Of a DNA stretch of 64,000 nt, positions 1-8,588 are shown piece after piece. The stretch spans positions 320,001 through 384,000 of the forward strand of contig CAWFFN010000012.1 in assembly GCA_963815115.1 (NCBI GenBank). The letters are read 5' to 3'. Every line of letters starts with the position of its first letter. Position 1 is the first letter of the stretch. This stretch comes from an uncultured delta proteobacterium. Its GTDB lineage: Bacteria; Desulfobacterota; Binatia; DP-6. The notes beneath the pieces are model-generated. The model searched no databases and had not been told where the DNA came from. It was given only the letters and a program-made list of their open reading frames with translations. Made by a program: the position numbers and the translations under genes.

Positions 1-1
1 T

Positions 2-775
2 GCGCTTCTGTTCTACTCTCGCGACCAGGTGAGGGGGGCCAATGGCGAGGTCCTCGCCACCGGGCGGCAGTATGTGCTGATGGACCTGAACACCCTCGTC
101 TGGGTGGGCGACAAGAAGCTTTGGTTCCTGGGGGGTGCGGTCCCTTCCGCCTCGGCTACGCTGCCGGTCGCCAACAACTCGCTTACGTCCAGCGCGCAGG
201 GCGAAATCAGTGGAGGAGGCGGACTGGCGGACTCGTACTATCAGCCGCTCATCCTTGCCTGGAGGGAACCCCGCGCCGACGTCCGGGCCGTCCTCGGGTT
301 CTTGGCGCCCACCGGGAGATTCAAAGCCGGCGCGAGCGACAACGTCGGCTCCGGCTACTGGACTCCCACCATCTCGGCGGGCCAGACGTTCTACCTGACC
401 GCGAACAGAGCGACGGCGCTCTCAGCCTTCCAGATGTACGAATTCCACGGCCGTCAACAGGGAACGAACATCCAACCGGGCCAGACTCTCGACCTCGACT
501 ATTCGCTGACGCAGCTTCTCCCGTTGCACGAGAAGTTGCAGCTTCAGCTCGGGATAGTCGGCTACAATCAATGGCAGACCACAGACAAGACGGGGCCAAC
601 CATCACGCCGGCACAGGCAGCGGCACGCTACCGGGTCAACGCGCTCGGCGTTGCGGCAAACATGCTCTTGCCCGTGCAGAACGTGAGCGTGGGCTTCAAG
701 TATTTCAAGGAATTCGCGAACCGGTCGACCTTCCAGGGCTACTCGCTGCAGCTCGCGGCCGCGCTGAGCTTCTAG
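2..775 (+). CDS. SphA/MetA-pathway-of-phenol-degradation-like outer-membrane barrel protein (5' partial)
   Basis: Frame open from window start; GLAD..QPL..W, APTGRF..GA..NVGSGYWT motifs; amphipathic beta pattern ending in Phe; paralog of 5441..6472. Confidence 0.75.
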   Translation, partial: ALLFYSRDQVRGANGEVLATGRQYVLMDLNTLVWVGDKKLWFLGGAVPSASATLPVANNSLTSSAQGEISGGGGLADSYYQPLILAWREPRADVRAVLGFLAPTGRFKAGASDNVGSGYWTPTISAGQTFYLTANRATALSAFQMYEFHGRQQGTNIQPGQTLDLDYSLTQLLPLHEKLQLQLGIVGYNQWQTTDKTGPTITPAQAAARYRVNALGVAANMLLPVQNVSVGFKYFKEFANRSTFQGYSLQLAAALSF

Positions 776-805
776 TTGCCGAGTGCGACGAAAAGGAGGA
801 CGAAC

Positions 806-880
806 ATGGTGACGAAGGGTCCGAACCGCTCCCCGCGTTCTTTGACGCGACAGGGAGCTGGAGGTACGTGCTCACGATGA
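806..880 (+). other. 24-codon small ORF with strong SD, stop overlapping the next start (ATGA)
   Basis: AAGGAGG at ~793-799, ATG 806, MVTKGPNRSPRSLTRQGAGGTCSR, TGA 878-880. Confidence 0.35.
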
Positions 881-1410
881 AAATCGAACCGAAGGCCATG
901 GCGATCCCCAAGTCGACCGATCACCTCGAGAAGGGGCGGTACGGGCCGATTTTCCCGAAGACGCCCGCTTGTTACGGGTTCACCATCGTGGCGACCCTCA
1001 AGCCGGGCAGGGCCGACGCGATGCGCGCCTACGGCGAAGCGGTGGTGAAGGCGCTCGACGCAGATCCCCACTACCTCGCTCCCCTCAAGCTCCACTACCT
1101 GCGCTGGGTTCTCTTCGACAACGACACGCGGTTCATGTACCAGGGTATCTTCGACACGGACTTCGACAAGTACACCGAAGACGCCGTCATGCTGTTCGGA
1201 AAGGCGGGGCTGAACACCGCGTTCGAGAACCTCGAGGGTTTTCCGGACGACTGGAAGACGAATCCGGAGGCGTTCGTCAAGTTCGTTCGTGACCACCAGT
1301 GCAACAGCTTCCTGGAGTACGCGGAGTACCCGTACTTCACGAGCGACGAGATCAAGAAGGCCCTGGCGATGAAGGCGGCGTTCACGGAGATGCTCGAACA
1401 GATGCAGTAG
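877..1410 (+). CDS. Conserved hypothetical protein, first gene of DyP operon (possible dimeric alpha/beta-barrel fold)
   Basis: C-terminal 177 aa of ORF 121..1410 with strong GC3 bias; GGAGG upstream; LHYLRWVLFD..FDTDFDKY motif. Confidence 0.75.
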   Translation: MKIEPKAMAIPKSTDHLEKGRYGPIFPKTPACYGFTIVATLKPGRADAMRAYGEAVVKALDADPHYLAPLKLHYLRWVLFDNDTRFMYQGIFDTDFDKYTEDAVMLFGKAGLNTAFENLEGFPDDWKTNPEAFVKFVRDHQCNSFLEYAEYPYFTSDEIKKALAMKAAFTEMLEQMQ

Positions 1411-1419
1411 GGGGCCGTG

Positions 1420-2430
1420 ATGGGCGAAGCGACCACCGCGCGGACGTACAACCAGGACCACGCGTCGCGGAAGTACTCGCGTGGCCACAGGAGGGTGAGC
1501 GTCTACGTCGCGTGGAGCTATCCCGCCGAGGCCAACCGGGATCCGACGGTGCTCGACAACCGGTTCTCGACGATGACCGAGGTCCGGCGGGTGTTCTGGC
1601 CCGCCTACGAGGAACCTCAATGGTCGGACCCGTCGAGGTTCCAGCAGGGGATCGCCGGGTCGCTCGAGCTGTTCTTCTGGGCTTGGGTGAAGTTCCAGCG
1701 TCTCGTCGGAGAGCTCACGGGGAACGTCGTTCCGATGTTCCAGCGCGTGGACCAGGCGGGCTTCGCGTTGCCGCTCGACGAGCGGGTCCTCGCCGACACG
1801 GACACCCTGTTCGTCTTCGGTCTCGATCACCTGGTCACCCAGCAGGTGCCGCTTCCGGAGGAGATCGAAGCCGTGCGCGAGTTCCTGGGGCGCGAGGGGA
1901 CCTGCCTCGTCCTCTGTCCGCACCACGAGGTCGGGCGGTCCGACGACAGGAAGGAACGCGACCTCGAGTACCATCACCACGGCGACGCGCTCGTGCCCCG
2001 ACAGCAACGGTTCGGCGGGTACACGCGGGCGTTGATGAAGGGACTCGGGATCCCCGTCGAGAACCGGTGGGGGCTTCGTCCTGCCGTCGTCGCCGGGAAG
2101 ATCGCGCCGCTGACGATCCGGGCGGACCTCGACGAGCGCGGATGGCTCACCGGAGTCCGCAACTTCAACTTCCACATGCACCTGCCGCACTACGCGCTGA
2201 CGACGGACGACACACGCGCCATCCACGCCCTGGCCCGACAGCCGATCGAGCTGTCCAGGCCGCATCCCTTCACGGAGGCGGGGAACCAGGAGTTCAACGC
2301 GCTGGTCTGGATGCCGCCGGGCGACCAAAGGGCCGGCGACGTGCTGGTCGTCGACTCCACCGTGTTCAGCACGCTGTTCGGCAGCGACGCGAGCCTGGAG
2401 CGTTTCTGGAAGAACCTTGCCACCCAATAG
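1420..2430 (+). CDS. Hypothetical His-rich protein, possibly class I glutamine amidotransferase-like fold
   Basis: Coding codon bias; LFVFGLDH..EIEAVREFL..CLVLCPHH, YHHHGD and FHMHLPHY motifs. Confidence 0.75.
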   Translation: MGEATTARTYNQDHASRKYSRGHRRVSVYVAWSYPAEANRDPTVLDNRFSTMTEVRRVFWPAYEEPQWSDPSRFQQGIAGSLELFFWAWVKFQRLVGELTGNVVPMFQRVDQAGFALPLDERVLADTDTLFVFGLDHLVTQQVPLPEEIEAVREFLGREGTCLVLCPHHEVGRSDDRKERDLEYHHHGDALVPRQQRFGGYTRALMKGLGIPVENRWGLRPAVVAGKIAPLTIRADLDERGWLTGVRNFNFHMHLPHYALTTDDTRAIHALARQPIELSRPHPFTEAGNQEFNALVWMPPGDQRAGDVLVVDSTVFSTLFGSDASLERFWKNLATQ

Positions 2431-3748
2431 CGAACTCGAGCTGAACGACATCCAGAGTGGTGTCCTGCGCCCCAGGCCGTCTCCGTACGCGGCGACCTAC
2501 ATCCTGATGCGCATCGACGACCGACGAGCGGGGCGGGAGTTGATGAGGCGCCTCGCGGGTGTCGTGGCCTCGGCCGCTCACACCACGAGCCCGGCGGCGG
2601 CCGACACCTGGGTTAGCGTCTCGCTCACGTACCAGGGCCTGCGTGCGCTGGGCGTCCCGCCGGACTCGCTCGACAGCTTCGCGTGGGAGTTCCAGCAGGG
2701 TATGGCGGCGCGCGCGAAGGCGCTCGGGGATGTCGGCGAAGCCAGCCCCGAGAACTGGGAACGGCCCCTCGGGACGAACGACGTCCACGTCGTCGTGACG
2801 GCGCTCTCGCCGGACCAGCAGGGGCTCGAAGCCGCGATCGGGCGCGCCCGCGCGGCGTTCTCGGACCTCCCGGGTGTCCAGCCGATCTGGCGCCAGGACT
2901 GTCATGCGCTGGCGACCGAAAGAGAACCCTTCGGGTTCAGGGACGGGATCGGGCATCCGGCCGTCGAAGGGAGCGGCATCCCCGGGAGCAACTCCAAGGA
3001 GGCGCCGTTCAAGGCCGGCGAGTTCGTGCTCGGCTACCTGGACGAGACCGGCGCCCTGCCGCCCATGCCTCGACCGGAGGTCCTGGGTCGCAACGGCACC
3101 TACGTGGTGTTCCGCAAGCTGCACCAGCGGGTGGCGGCGTTCCGCCAGTACTTGAAGGAGAACGCGGGCAGCCCCGACGAACAGGAGCTGCTGGCGGCCA
3201 AGATGATGGGGCGGTGGCGCAGCGGCGCGCCCCTGGCGCTGAGCCCCGCGCGTGACGACCCGGAGCTGGGTGCTGACAGGACTCGCAACAACGACTTCAC
3301 GTACTCGGACGACGCGACCGGGTACAAGACGCCTCCCGGGTCGCACGTCCGGCGAGCGAATCCGCGCGATGCGCAGGTGGCCGGTGTGGTCCGGCTGCAC
3401 CGGATGATCCGCCGGGGGACCGCGTACGGCCCCGAGCTTCCGGAGGGTGCGCTCGAGGACGACGGCGTCGATCGCGGGCTGATGTTCGCATTCGTCGGTG
3501 CACATCTCGGGCGGCAGTTCGAGTTCGTCCAATCCGAGTGGATGAATGGCGGAGACTTTCTCGGCCTGGGCGACGTGAAGGATCCGATCGCGGGCGTCCA
3601 GGATGCCGCCGGCGCGTACTCCTTCCCGCGGAAGCCGATTCCGAGGATGTTGCGTGGTCTGCCGCAGTTCGTGCTCACACGCGGCGGCGAGTACTGCTTC
3701 ATGCCATCGCTCCGTGCGCTGCGCTGGCTCGCCGAGCTCGAGACATGA
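2417..3748 (+). CDS. Dyp-type (dye-decolorizing) heme peroxidase
   Basis: GFRDG (GXXDG distal Asp), GSHVRRANPR (proximal His), MIRRGTAYG (distal Arg), C-terminal GGEYCFMPS; TTG start overlaps upstream gene. Confidence 0.92.
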   Translation: MPPNSELELNDIQSGVLRPRPSPYAATYILMRIDDRRAGRELMRRLAGVVASAAHTTSPAAADTWVSVSLTYQGLRALGVPPDSLDSFAWEFQQGMAARAKALGDVGEASPENWERPLGTNDVHVVVTALSPDQQGLEAAIGRARAAFSDLPGVQPIWRQDCHALATEREPFGFRDGIGHPAVEGSGIPGSNSKEAPFKAGEFVLGYLDETGALPPMPRPEVLGRNGTYVVFRKLHQRVAAFRQYLKENAGSPDEQELLAAKMMGRWRSGAPLALSPARDDPELGADRTRNNDFTYSDDATGYKTPPGSHVRRANPRDAQVAGVVRLHRMIRRGTAYGPELPEGALEDDGVDRGLMFAFVGAHLGRQFEFVQSEWMNGGDFLGLGDVKDPIAGVQDAAGAYSFPRKPIPRMLRGLPQFVLTRGGEYCFMPSLRALRWLAELET

Positions 3749-5169
3749 CCCCCGACACGGTGGACGTGCTCGTGCTGGGCGGCGGACCGGCTGGTCTGGT
3801 TGCTGCGATCCGGGCGGGAGATCTGGGTGCCCGCACCGCCCTGGTGACGCGCGACGCGTTCGGCGGCATGGCCGCCCTCGACGGACCGGTCCCCGTGCGG
3901 ACGCTCGCCCATGCTGCCCGGCTGGTGCGCGACGCCCGGCAGCTCGGCCGGTATGGCATCGCGGTTTCCGATCCGGTGCTCGACTACCCGCGGCTGCTGG
4001 CGCGCGTGCGCGAGGTGGTGGACGACGCGCGCGCCCACGCCGTGTTCCGCCGCCAGGTCGATGCCGCGGGCGTCGCCGTCCACGAGCACGCGGGCATCGC
4101 GCGCTTCGCGGACGCGCACACGGTCGAGACCGAGAGCGGATCGCGCTTCCGCGCCGAGAAGATCATCGTCTGCACGGGCGGCGTCAGCCGGCGCCTCGCG
4201 GTGCCCGGATTCGAGCTGACCGCGACACACAGCGATGCGTGGGGCCTGACGTCGGCTCCGCCGACGATGCTGGTCATCGGCGCCGGAGCCACCGGCGCCC
4301 AGGTCGCGTCGATCTTCAACGCGTTCGGCACGCGGGTCGAGCTCTTCCAGGCGGCCCCCCGCATCCTGCCGAGCGAGGACGAGGACGTGTCCACGGCGGT
4401 CGCCGCTGCGTTTCGCGCTGCCGGGATCGCCGTGCACGAGGACTTCGGATCGATCGAGTCCTTCGAGGAGGCGCCGGGCGGCGTGAGGATGAAGTTCTCG
4501 AAGGACGGCGTGCGCGGCAGCGCCGAGGCGGCGGTGGTCGTCGTCGCGGTCGGCTGGACGGCGGGCACGGCCGGACTCGCCCTCGCGAAGGCTGGCGTCG
4601 ACACCGATCCCCGCGGCTTCGTGAGCGTCGACTCCGCGTTGCGCACCACCGCGCCGCACATCTTCGCCGCCGGGGACGTGACCGGTCGTCTGATGCTCGT
4701 CCCGCAAGCGATACAGGACGGCTTCGTGGCCGCGACGAATGCCGTGCGCGGGCCCCTGCTGGTGAACGACGACGTGGTGGCGCCGATCGGGAGTTTCACC
4801 GAGCCCGAATACGCGCAGGTCGGCATGACCGAGGCGAAGGCGCGTGAGTCGCATGATGTCCTGGTCACGGTCGTGCGGTTCGACGAGACGACGCGCACGA
4901 TCGTCGACGGACGCACGACGGGGTTCTGCAAGCTGATCATCGACCGCGCGACACACACGATCCTCGGTTGTCACATCGTCGGGGAGCGGGCGGTGGACAT
5001 CGTGCAGACGGCCGCGATCGCCCTCGCCACGGGCTTGCGCGTGGACGACCTCGCGCGCGTTCCTCTGTCGTTCCCGACCTACACCGGAATCTTGGGTCGC
5101 GCCGCGGCGATCTCCGCGCGCGCGCTCGGTCGCGACAGCGGGGAAACCCGATTCGCGGAGTGGATGTAA
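3745..5169 (+). CDS. Dihydrolipoamide dehydrogenase-like flavoprotein lacking the redox-active cysteines
   Basis: GGGPAG FAD motif, GAGATG NAD motif, IFAAGDVTG, FTEPEYAQVG; GGMAALDGPVP replaces GGxCxxxGCxP; ATGA overlap with dyp. Confidence 0.88.
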   Translation: MTPDTVDVLVLGGGPAGLVAAIRAGDLGARTALVTRDAFGGMAALDGPVPVRTLAHAARLVRDARQLGRYGIAVSDPVLDYPRLLARVREVVDDARAHAVFRRQVDAAGVAVHEHAGIARFADAHTVETESGSRFRAEKIIVCTGGVSRRLAVPGFELTATHSDAWGLTSAPPTMLVIGAGATGAQVASIFNAFGTRVELFQAAPRILPSEDEDVSTAVAAAFRAAGIAVHEDFGSIESFEEAPGGVRMKFSKDGVRGSAEAAVVVVAVGWTAGTAGLALAKAGVDTDPRGFVSVDSALRTTAPHIFAAGDVTGRLMLVPQAIQDGFVAATNAVRGPLLVNDDVVAPIGSFTEPEYAQVGMTEAKARESHDVLVTVVRFDETTRTIVDGRTTGFCKLIIDRATHTILGCHIVGERAVDIVQTAAIALATGLRVDDLARVPLSFPTYTGILGRAAAISARALGRDSGETRFAEWM

Positions 5170-5190
5170 GCGTTCGCCGGACCGTCGCGG

Positions 5191-5330
5191 AACTACTTCG
5201 ATCGCCTCCAGCATCATCGCCTGCTGCGCTACCACAGCCGGCGGCTCGCCGACCTTGGCTACCCGGTCGCTCTCACCCCCTTGCCGCCGCCGGCCAGCGC
5301 ATCGCCTTCGTAGGATGTCGGTTTCAGGAG
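5191..5330 (+). pseudogene. IS110-family transposase C-terminal remnant plus probable element end
   Basis: NYFDRLQHHRLLRYHSRRLADLGYPVALTP..., stop 5311-5313, resembles the YFDR..RL..LGYxVxL tail of IS110 transposases; followed by TTTCAGGAG. Confidence 0.55.
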
Positions 5331-5440
5331 CGTGCCTGGACGTCGCCGATCTGGTACACGCCGTGACGCGGCCCGAGTTTCTCGTCCGTCGCGTCGTGCG
5401 GTAGGGCACCGGCGACCGGAATGGGATCACGGAGTGAGGC

Positions 5441-6472
5441 ATGCAGGAGGCACGCGGAAGCGGCGAGCGAGACGCCGGCAGGTGCCTGAAGATCGCATAT
5501 CTCGGCGTGGTGGTAGTGGCCCTCCTCGTACCGCGCGCGGCGCCTGCCATCATCGGGCACTATACGGCCGGGGCGCAGGACGTGCGCGACTTCTTCCTCC
5601 CCCCCGAGGAGGGACTCTACTTCGCGCAGTACACCTACTTCTATCAGTCGGACTCGTTCCGGGACCGCAACGGGAACCCGGTGGACCACCTGATCGTCCC
5701 ACCCCGCCTGCGTCCACCGCGCACGCTGCCGCTCGACGTCAACCTGAACCAGGTCACGCTCTCCCCGTCCATCCTGTGGGCGCCGCACTTCAGCCTGCTC
5801 GGCGCCCGGTACGGCGCCGAGATCAGCCTCACTGGTGCCAACGCGAACGTCGCCGCGGCGGTGGAGCAGATCAACAAGGGGACCGAGTTCGGGACGGGGT
5901 GGGGCTTCGCCGACCTCTTCGTGCAACCGCTCTGGCTGCAGTGGAGCCTCTGGCGCCTCGACCTCGTGGCGGCCTACGGCTTCTACGCGCCGACGGGACG
6001 GTTCTCGCCTGGCGCCACCGACAACATCGGGCTCGGCTTCTGGACGCAGCAGCTGCAGACCGCTGGGGCGTTCAACTTCGACGAGGCACGCACGTTCTCG
6101 CTCATCATGGTGGAGACCTGGGAGTTCAACTCCGACGTGCGGCACCAGGACCTCCATCCCGGCAGCCGGTTGTCGTTCAACTGGGCGCTCGACAAGATCT
6201 GGCTCGGCGGCATGCTCGAGACCGCCGTGCTGGGCTACGATCAGTGGCAGGTGAGCGAGGACACCGGAGCGGACCAGGTGCGGGCGCTGGCCGGCGTGCT
6301 CGATTCGGTGCACGCCGCTGGCCTGGAGCTCGGCATCCCGAAGTGGGGCGTCTCGTTCAAGTACATGCACGAGTTCGAGGCGCGACAGCGCTTCCAGGGC
6401 CAGCTAGTGACGTTCACCTTCGGGCTCCCGCTGGACCCCGTCGTCGATCGGGTGAGAGGGCTCGTGCAGTGA
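5441..6472 (+). CDS. SphA/MetA-type putative outer-membrane barrel (transporter)
   Basis: Signal peptide, GHYTAG..DFFLPP..GLY, GFADLFVQPLWLQW, APTGRF..GATDNIGLGFWT. Confidence 0.8.
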   Translation: MQEARGSGERDAGRCLKIAYLGVVVVALLVPRAAPAIIGHYTAGAQDVRDFFLPPEEGLYFAQYTYFYQSDSFRDRNGNPVDHLIVPPRLRPPRTLPLDVNLNQVTLSPSILWAPHFSLLGARYGAEISLTGANANVAAAVEQINKGTEFGTGWGFADLFVQPLWLQWSLWRLDLVAAYGFYAPTGRFSPGATDNIGLGFWTQQLQTAGAFNFDEARTFSLIMVETWEFNSDVRHQDLHPGSRLSFNWALDKIWLGGMLETAVLGYDQWQVSEDTGADQVRALAGVLDSVHAAGLELGIPKWGVSFKYMHEFEARQRFQGQLVTFTFGLPLDPVVDRVRGLVQ

Positions 6473-6860
6473 CGCTCCCATCCGACACCCCGCACACGAG
6501 TGTTGTGCCCATTTCACTTCTCGATGTCCTACAATGCCCAGAAAGGAGACGGACATGAGTCGTGCGGATTCCGGGTGAAGCCGAACGACCCGTCCGATTG
6601 ATGGCGAACACCGATTCCGACGTGTGGCGTCTCACGAGCTTCCCCCGGGCCATCTCACGAGCATGCCCCCAGGGCGTCCCACCGACGCCACGGGTTAGAG
6701 GATACCCGCGAGCTGGCCGATCGCGCGCTCATCGCGGTGCCCCGGGGGAAGCACGCATCCTCCTCAGCGCAGAGCACGCGTTCTTCGACGTGGATGGCTC
6801 GCTGCGACGTGTCGATCGTCTGGACACCACCAGGTCCCGGTGGGGCTTCGTGCACCGAAT

Positions 6861-6971
6861 ATCCTGCCGCGCCAGCGCGTGCACTGGGTCGACGTACCCG
6901 TCACCGAGGCGGTCGCCGTGATCACGCGCTGGGGTACGGGCACGAGCAAACTCCTCAAAGCGATGCGCTGA
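6861..6971 (+). pseudogene. Orphan 3' fragment of DUF502 gene (diverged copy of 23437..23547, inverted)
   Basis: ILPRQRVHWVDVPVTEAVAVITRWGTGTSKLLKAMR*; 8 mismatches in 111 nt by manual comparison with the intact gene. Confidence 0.85.
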
Positions 6972-7018
6972 GGACGCCGCGGCCGCCTGTTCGGGGTCAG
7001 AGTGGAGCTAGCGGTTCC

Positions 7019-8572
7019 TCAGAGCAAGGGGGCGATGGGCAGGAACCGCTCGATCGACCGGATGAAGCGCCGCCACGCGCTGGCCGGATCGTGCGGCTCG
7101 ACGAGCGGCCGCGCGGGCTGCTGGGTGATCCAGGCGACGTCGTCGCGCTTGCCGACGACGTCGGCGATGCGCCAGGCGTTCTCGGGCGCGAAGTCGGTGG
7201 CGAAGGCGTCGAGGAACTGCGCCGCCAGCTGTGGGCTCTGCACGACCAGCACGATCTCGGTGTCGAGGTTCATCGAGCGCGGGTCGAGGTTGAACGATCC
7301 GATGAACACCGTCTTGCGGTCGAACACCGCCGCCTTTCCGTGCAGCGCCAGGTGCGCCTTGGAGGTGGCCGGGCGCGCGCAGTACAGGTGGCGCGAGGCG
7401 GCGTCGGGCTTCATCTCGTAGAGCTCCACGCCCAGATCGACCAGCTCCGGGCGCGAGTTGGCGTAGTGCGCGTTGACCGGAACCTCGTCCGTGGTGGCGA
7501 GCGAGTTGGTGAGCATGCGGAGCTGCACGCCGCGCCCGCGCAACGAGCGAACTGCGGGCATCTTCGGGTTCGGCAGCAGGTAGGCGTTCTCGAGGACGAG
7601 CTCGTGCTCGGCGTGGTTGGCCAGGTAGGCCATCTTGTTCCAGACCATGCCGGGCGGCGCGTCGGCCGGGTTCGCCACGCTGTTTGGATCGTCGTAGACC
7701 AGCTCTGCCGAGCCCCAGACCACCTTGCCGCGGAACTGCTCCAGCCAGGCCAGCGCGGCGTCCCGGTCGTGCGGCAGTGCGTAGGGGAAGGTGGCGCGCT
7801 CGGCCGCCACCCGCTCTGAGAAGCGGGCGAGCGCCCGATCCCGCTCCGCCTGCGAGGCCGGCTTCACCAACGAGCTGATCGGATAGGTCCACTGGCTGTT
7901 CCAGTAGCGGTCGAAGCCAGCCTCCGCCTCCGACACCACCGGGCCGATCGCCAGGAGGTCGAAGTCGCGATAGCAGATCTCCTTCCCCAGGCCGAAGTAT
8001 TCGTCCATGAGGTTGCGTCCGCCGACGACCGCCGCCTGGCCGTCGGCGACGAACAGCTTGTTGTGCATGCGGCGGTTGAGCTCTGTGAAGCGCCCCAGGA
8101 GCTGCGTTACGCGCATCCTCCCGCGCGAGAACGGGTTGAAGACGCGTACCTCGAAGTTGGGGTGGGCGTCGATCGCCTGGAAGGCGGGGTCGTGGCCGGT
8201 GGCCCAATAGTCGTCGATGAGCAGGCGCACGCGCACGCCGCGATCGGCGGCGGCGATCAACCGTTCGAGCAGCACGCGGCCGACCGTGTCGCGACCCCAC
8301 ATGAAATACTGAGCGTCGATGCTCGACTGCGCCGCATCAGCCATCGCCACCCGCGCCTGGATGCCGCCCTCGCCCGTGTTGAAGAGGAGGAAGCCCGACT
8401 GGCCCTGGTGCTTCGCCACGGCCGGGGTGATCAGCTCACCGAGCGTCGTATGGCGCGTGTCCACCAGCGCGCTCGACGGCGGACGGCCGACGTTCTTGGG
8501 CAGCCCGCACCCGACCACGGCCAGGGTGACGAGGAGCCATCGAAGTTGACGCATAGCTCTGGGGGCGCCCAT
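7019..8572 (-). CDS. Phospholipase D family protein (ClsC/YmdC-like), predicted lipoprotein
   Basis: Two HKD motifs (HNKLFVAD, HGKAAVFD), GGRN and GSFNLDPRS; lipobox-like LAVVGC. Confidence 0.92.
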   Translation of the reverse strand: MGAPRAMRQLRWLLVTLAVVGCGLPKNVGRPPSSALVDTRHTTLGELITPAVAKHQGQSGFLLFNTGEGGIQARVAMADAAQSSIDAQYFMWGRDTVGRVLLERLIAAADRGVRVRLLIDDYWATGHDPAFQAIDAHPNFEVRVFNPFSRGRMRVTQLLGRFTELNRRMHNKLFVADGQAAVVGGRNLMDEYFGLGKEICYRDFDLLAIGPVVSEAEAGFDRYWNSQWTYPISSLVKPASQAERDRALARFSERVAAERATFPYALPHDRDAALAWLEQFRGKVVWGSAELVYDDPNSVANPADAPPGMVWNKMAYLANHAEHELVLENAYLLPNPKMPAVRSLRGRGVQLRMLTNSLATTDEVPVNAHYANSRPELVDLGVELYEMKPDAASRHLYCARPATSKAHLALHGKAAVFDRKTVFIGSFNLDPRSMNLDTEIVLVVQSPQLAAQFLDAFATDFAPENAWRIADVVGKRDDVAWITQQPARPLVEPHDPASAWRRFIRSIERFLPIAPLL

Positions 8573-8588
8573 CTGGTTCCCACCCTAG

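Noticed and set aside
2417-3748. DyP as encapsulin cargo
   Set aside because: No C-terminal targeting-peptide tail and no encapsulin gene in the window
6555-6860. Faint resemblance to a PPK2 N-terminus across frames
   Set aside because: Needs several frameshifts; too degenerate to support without a search
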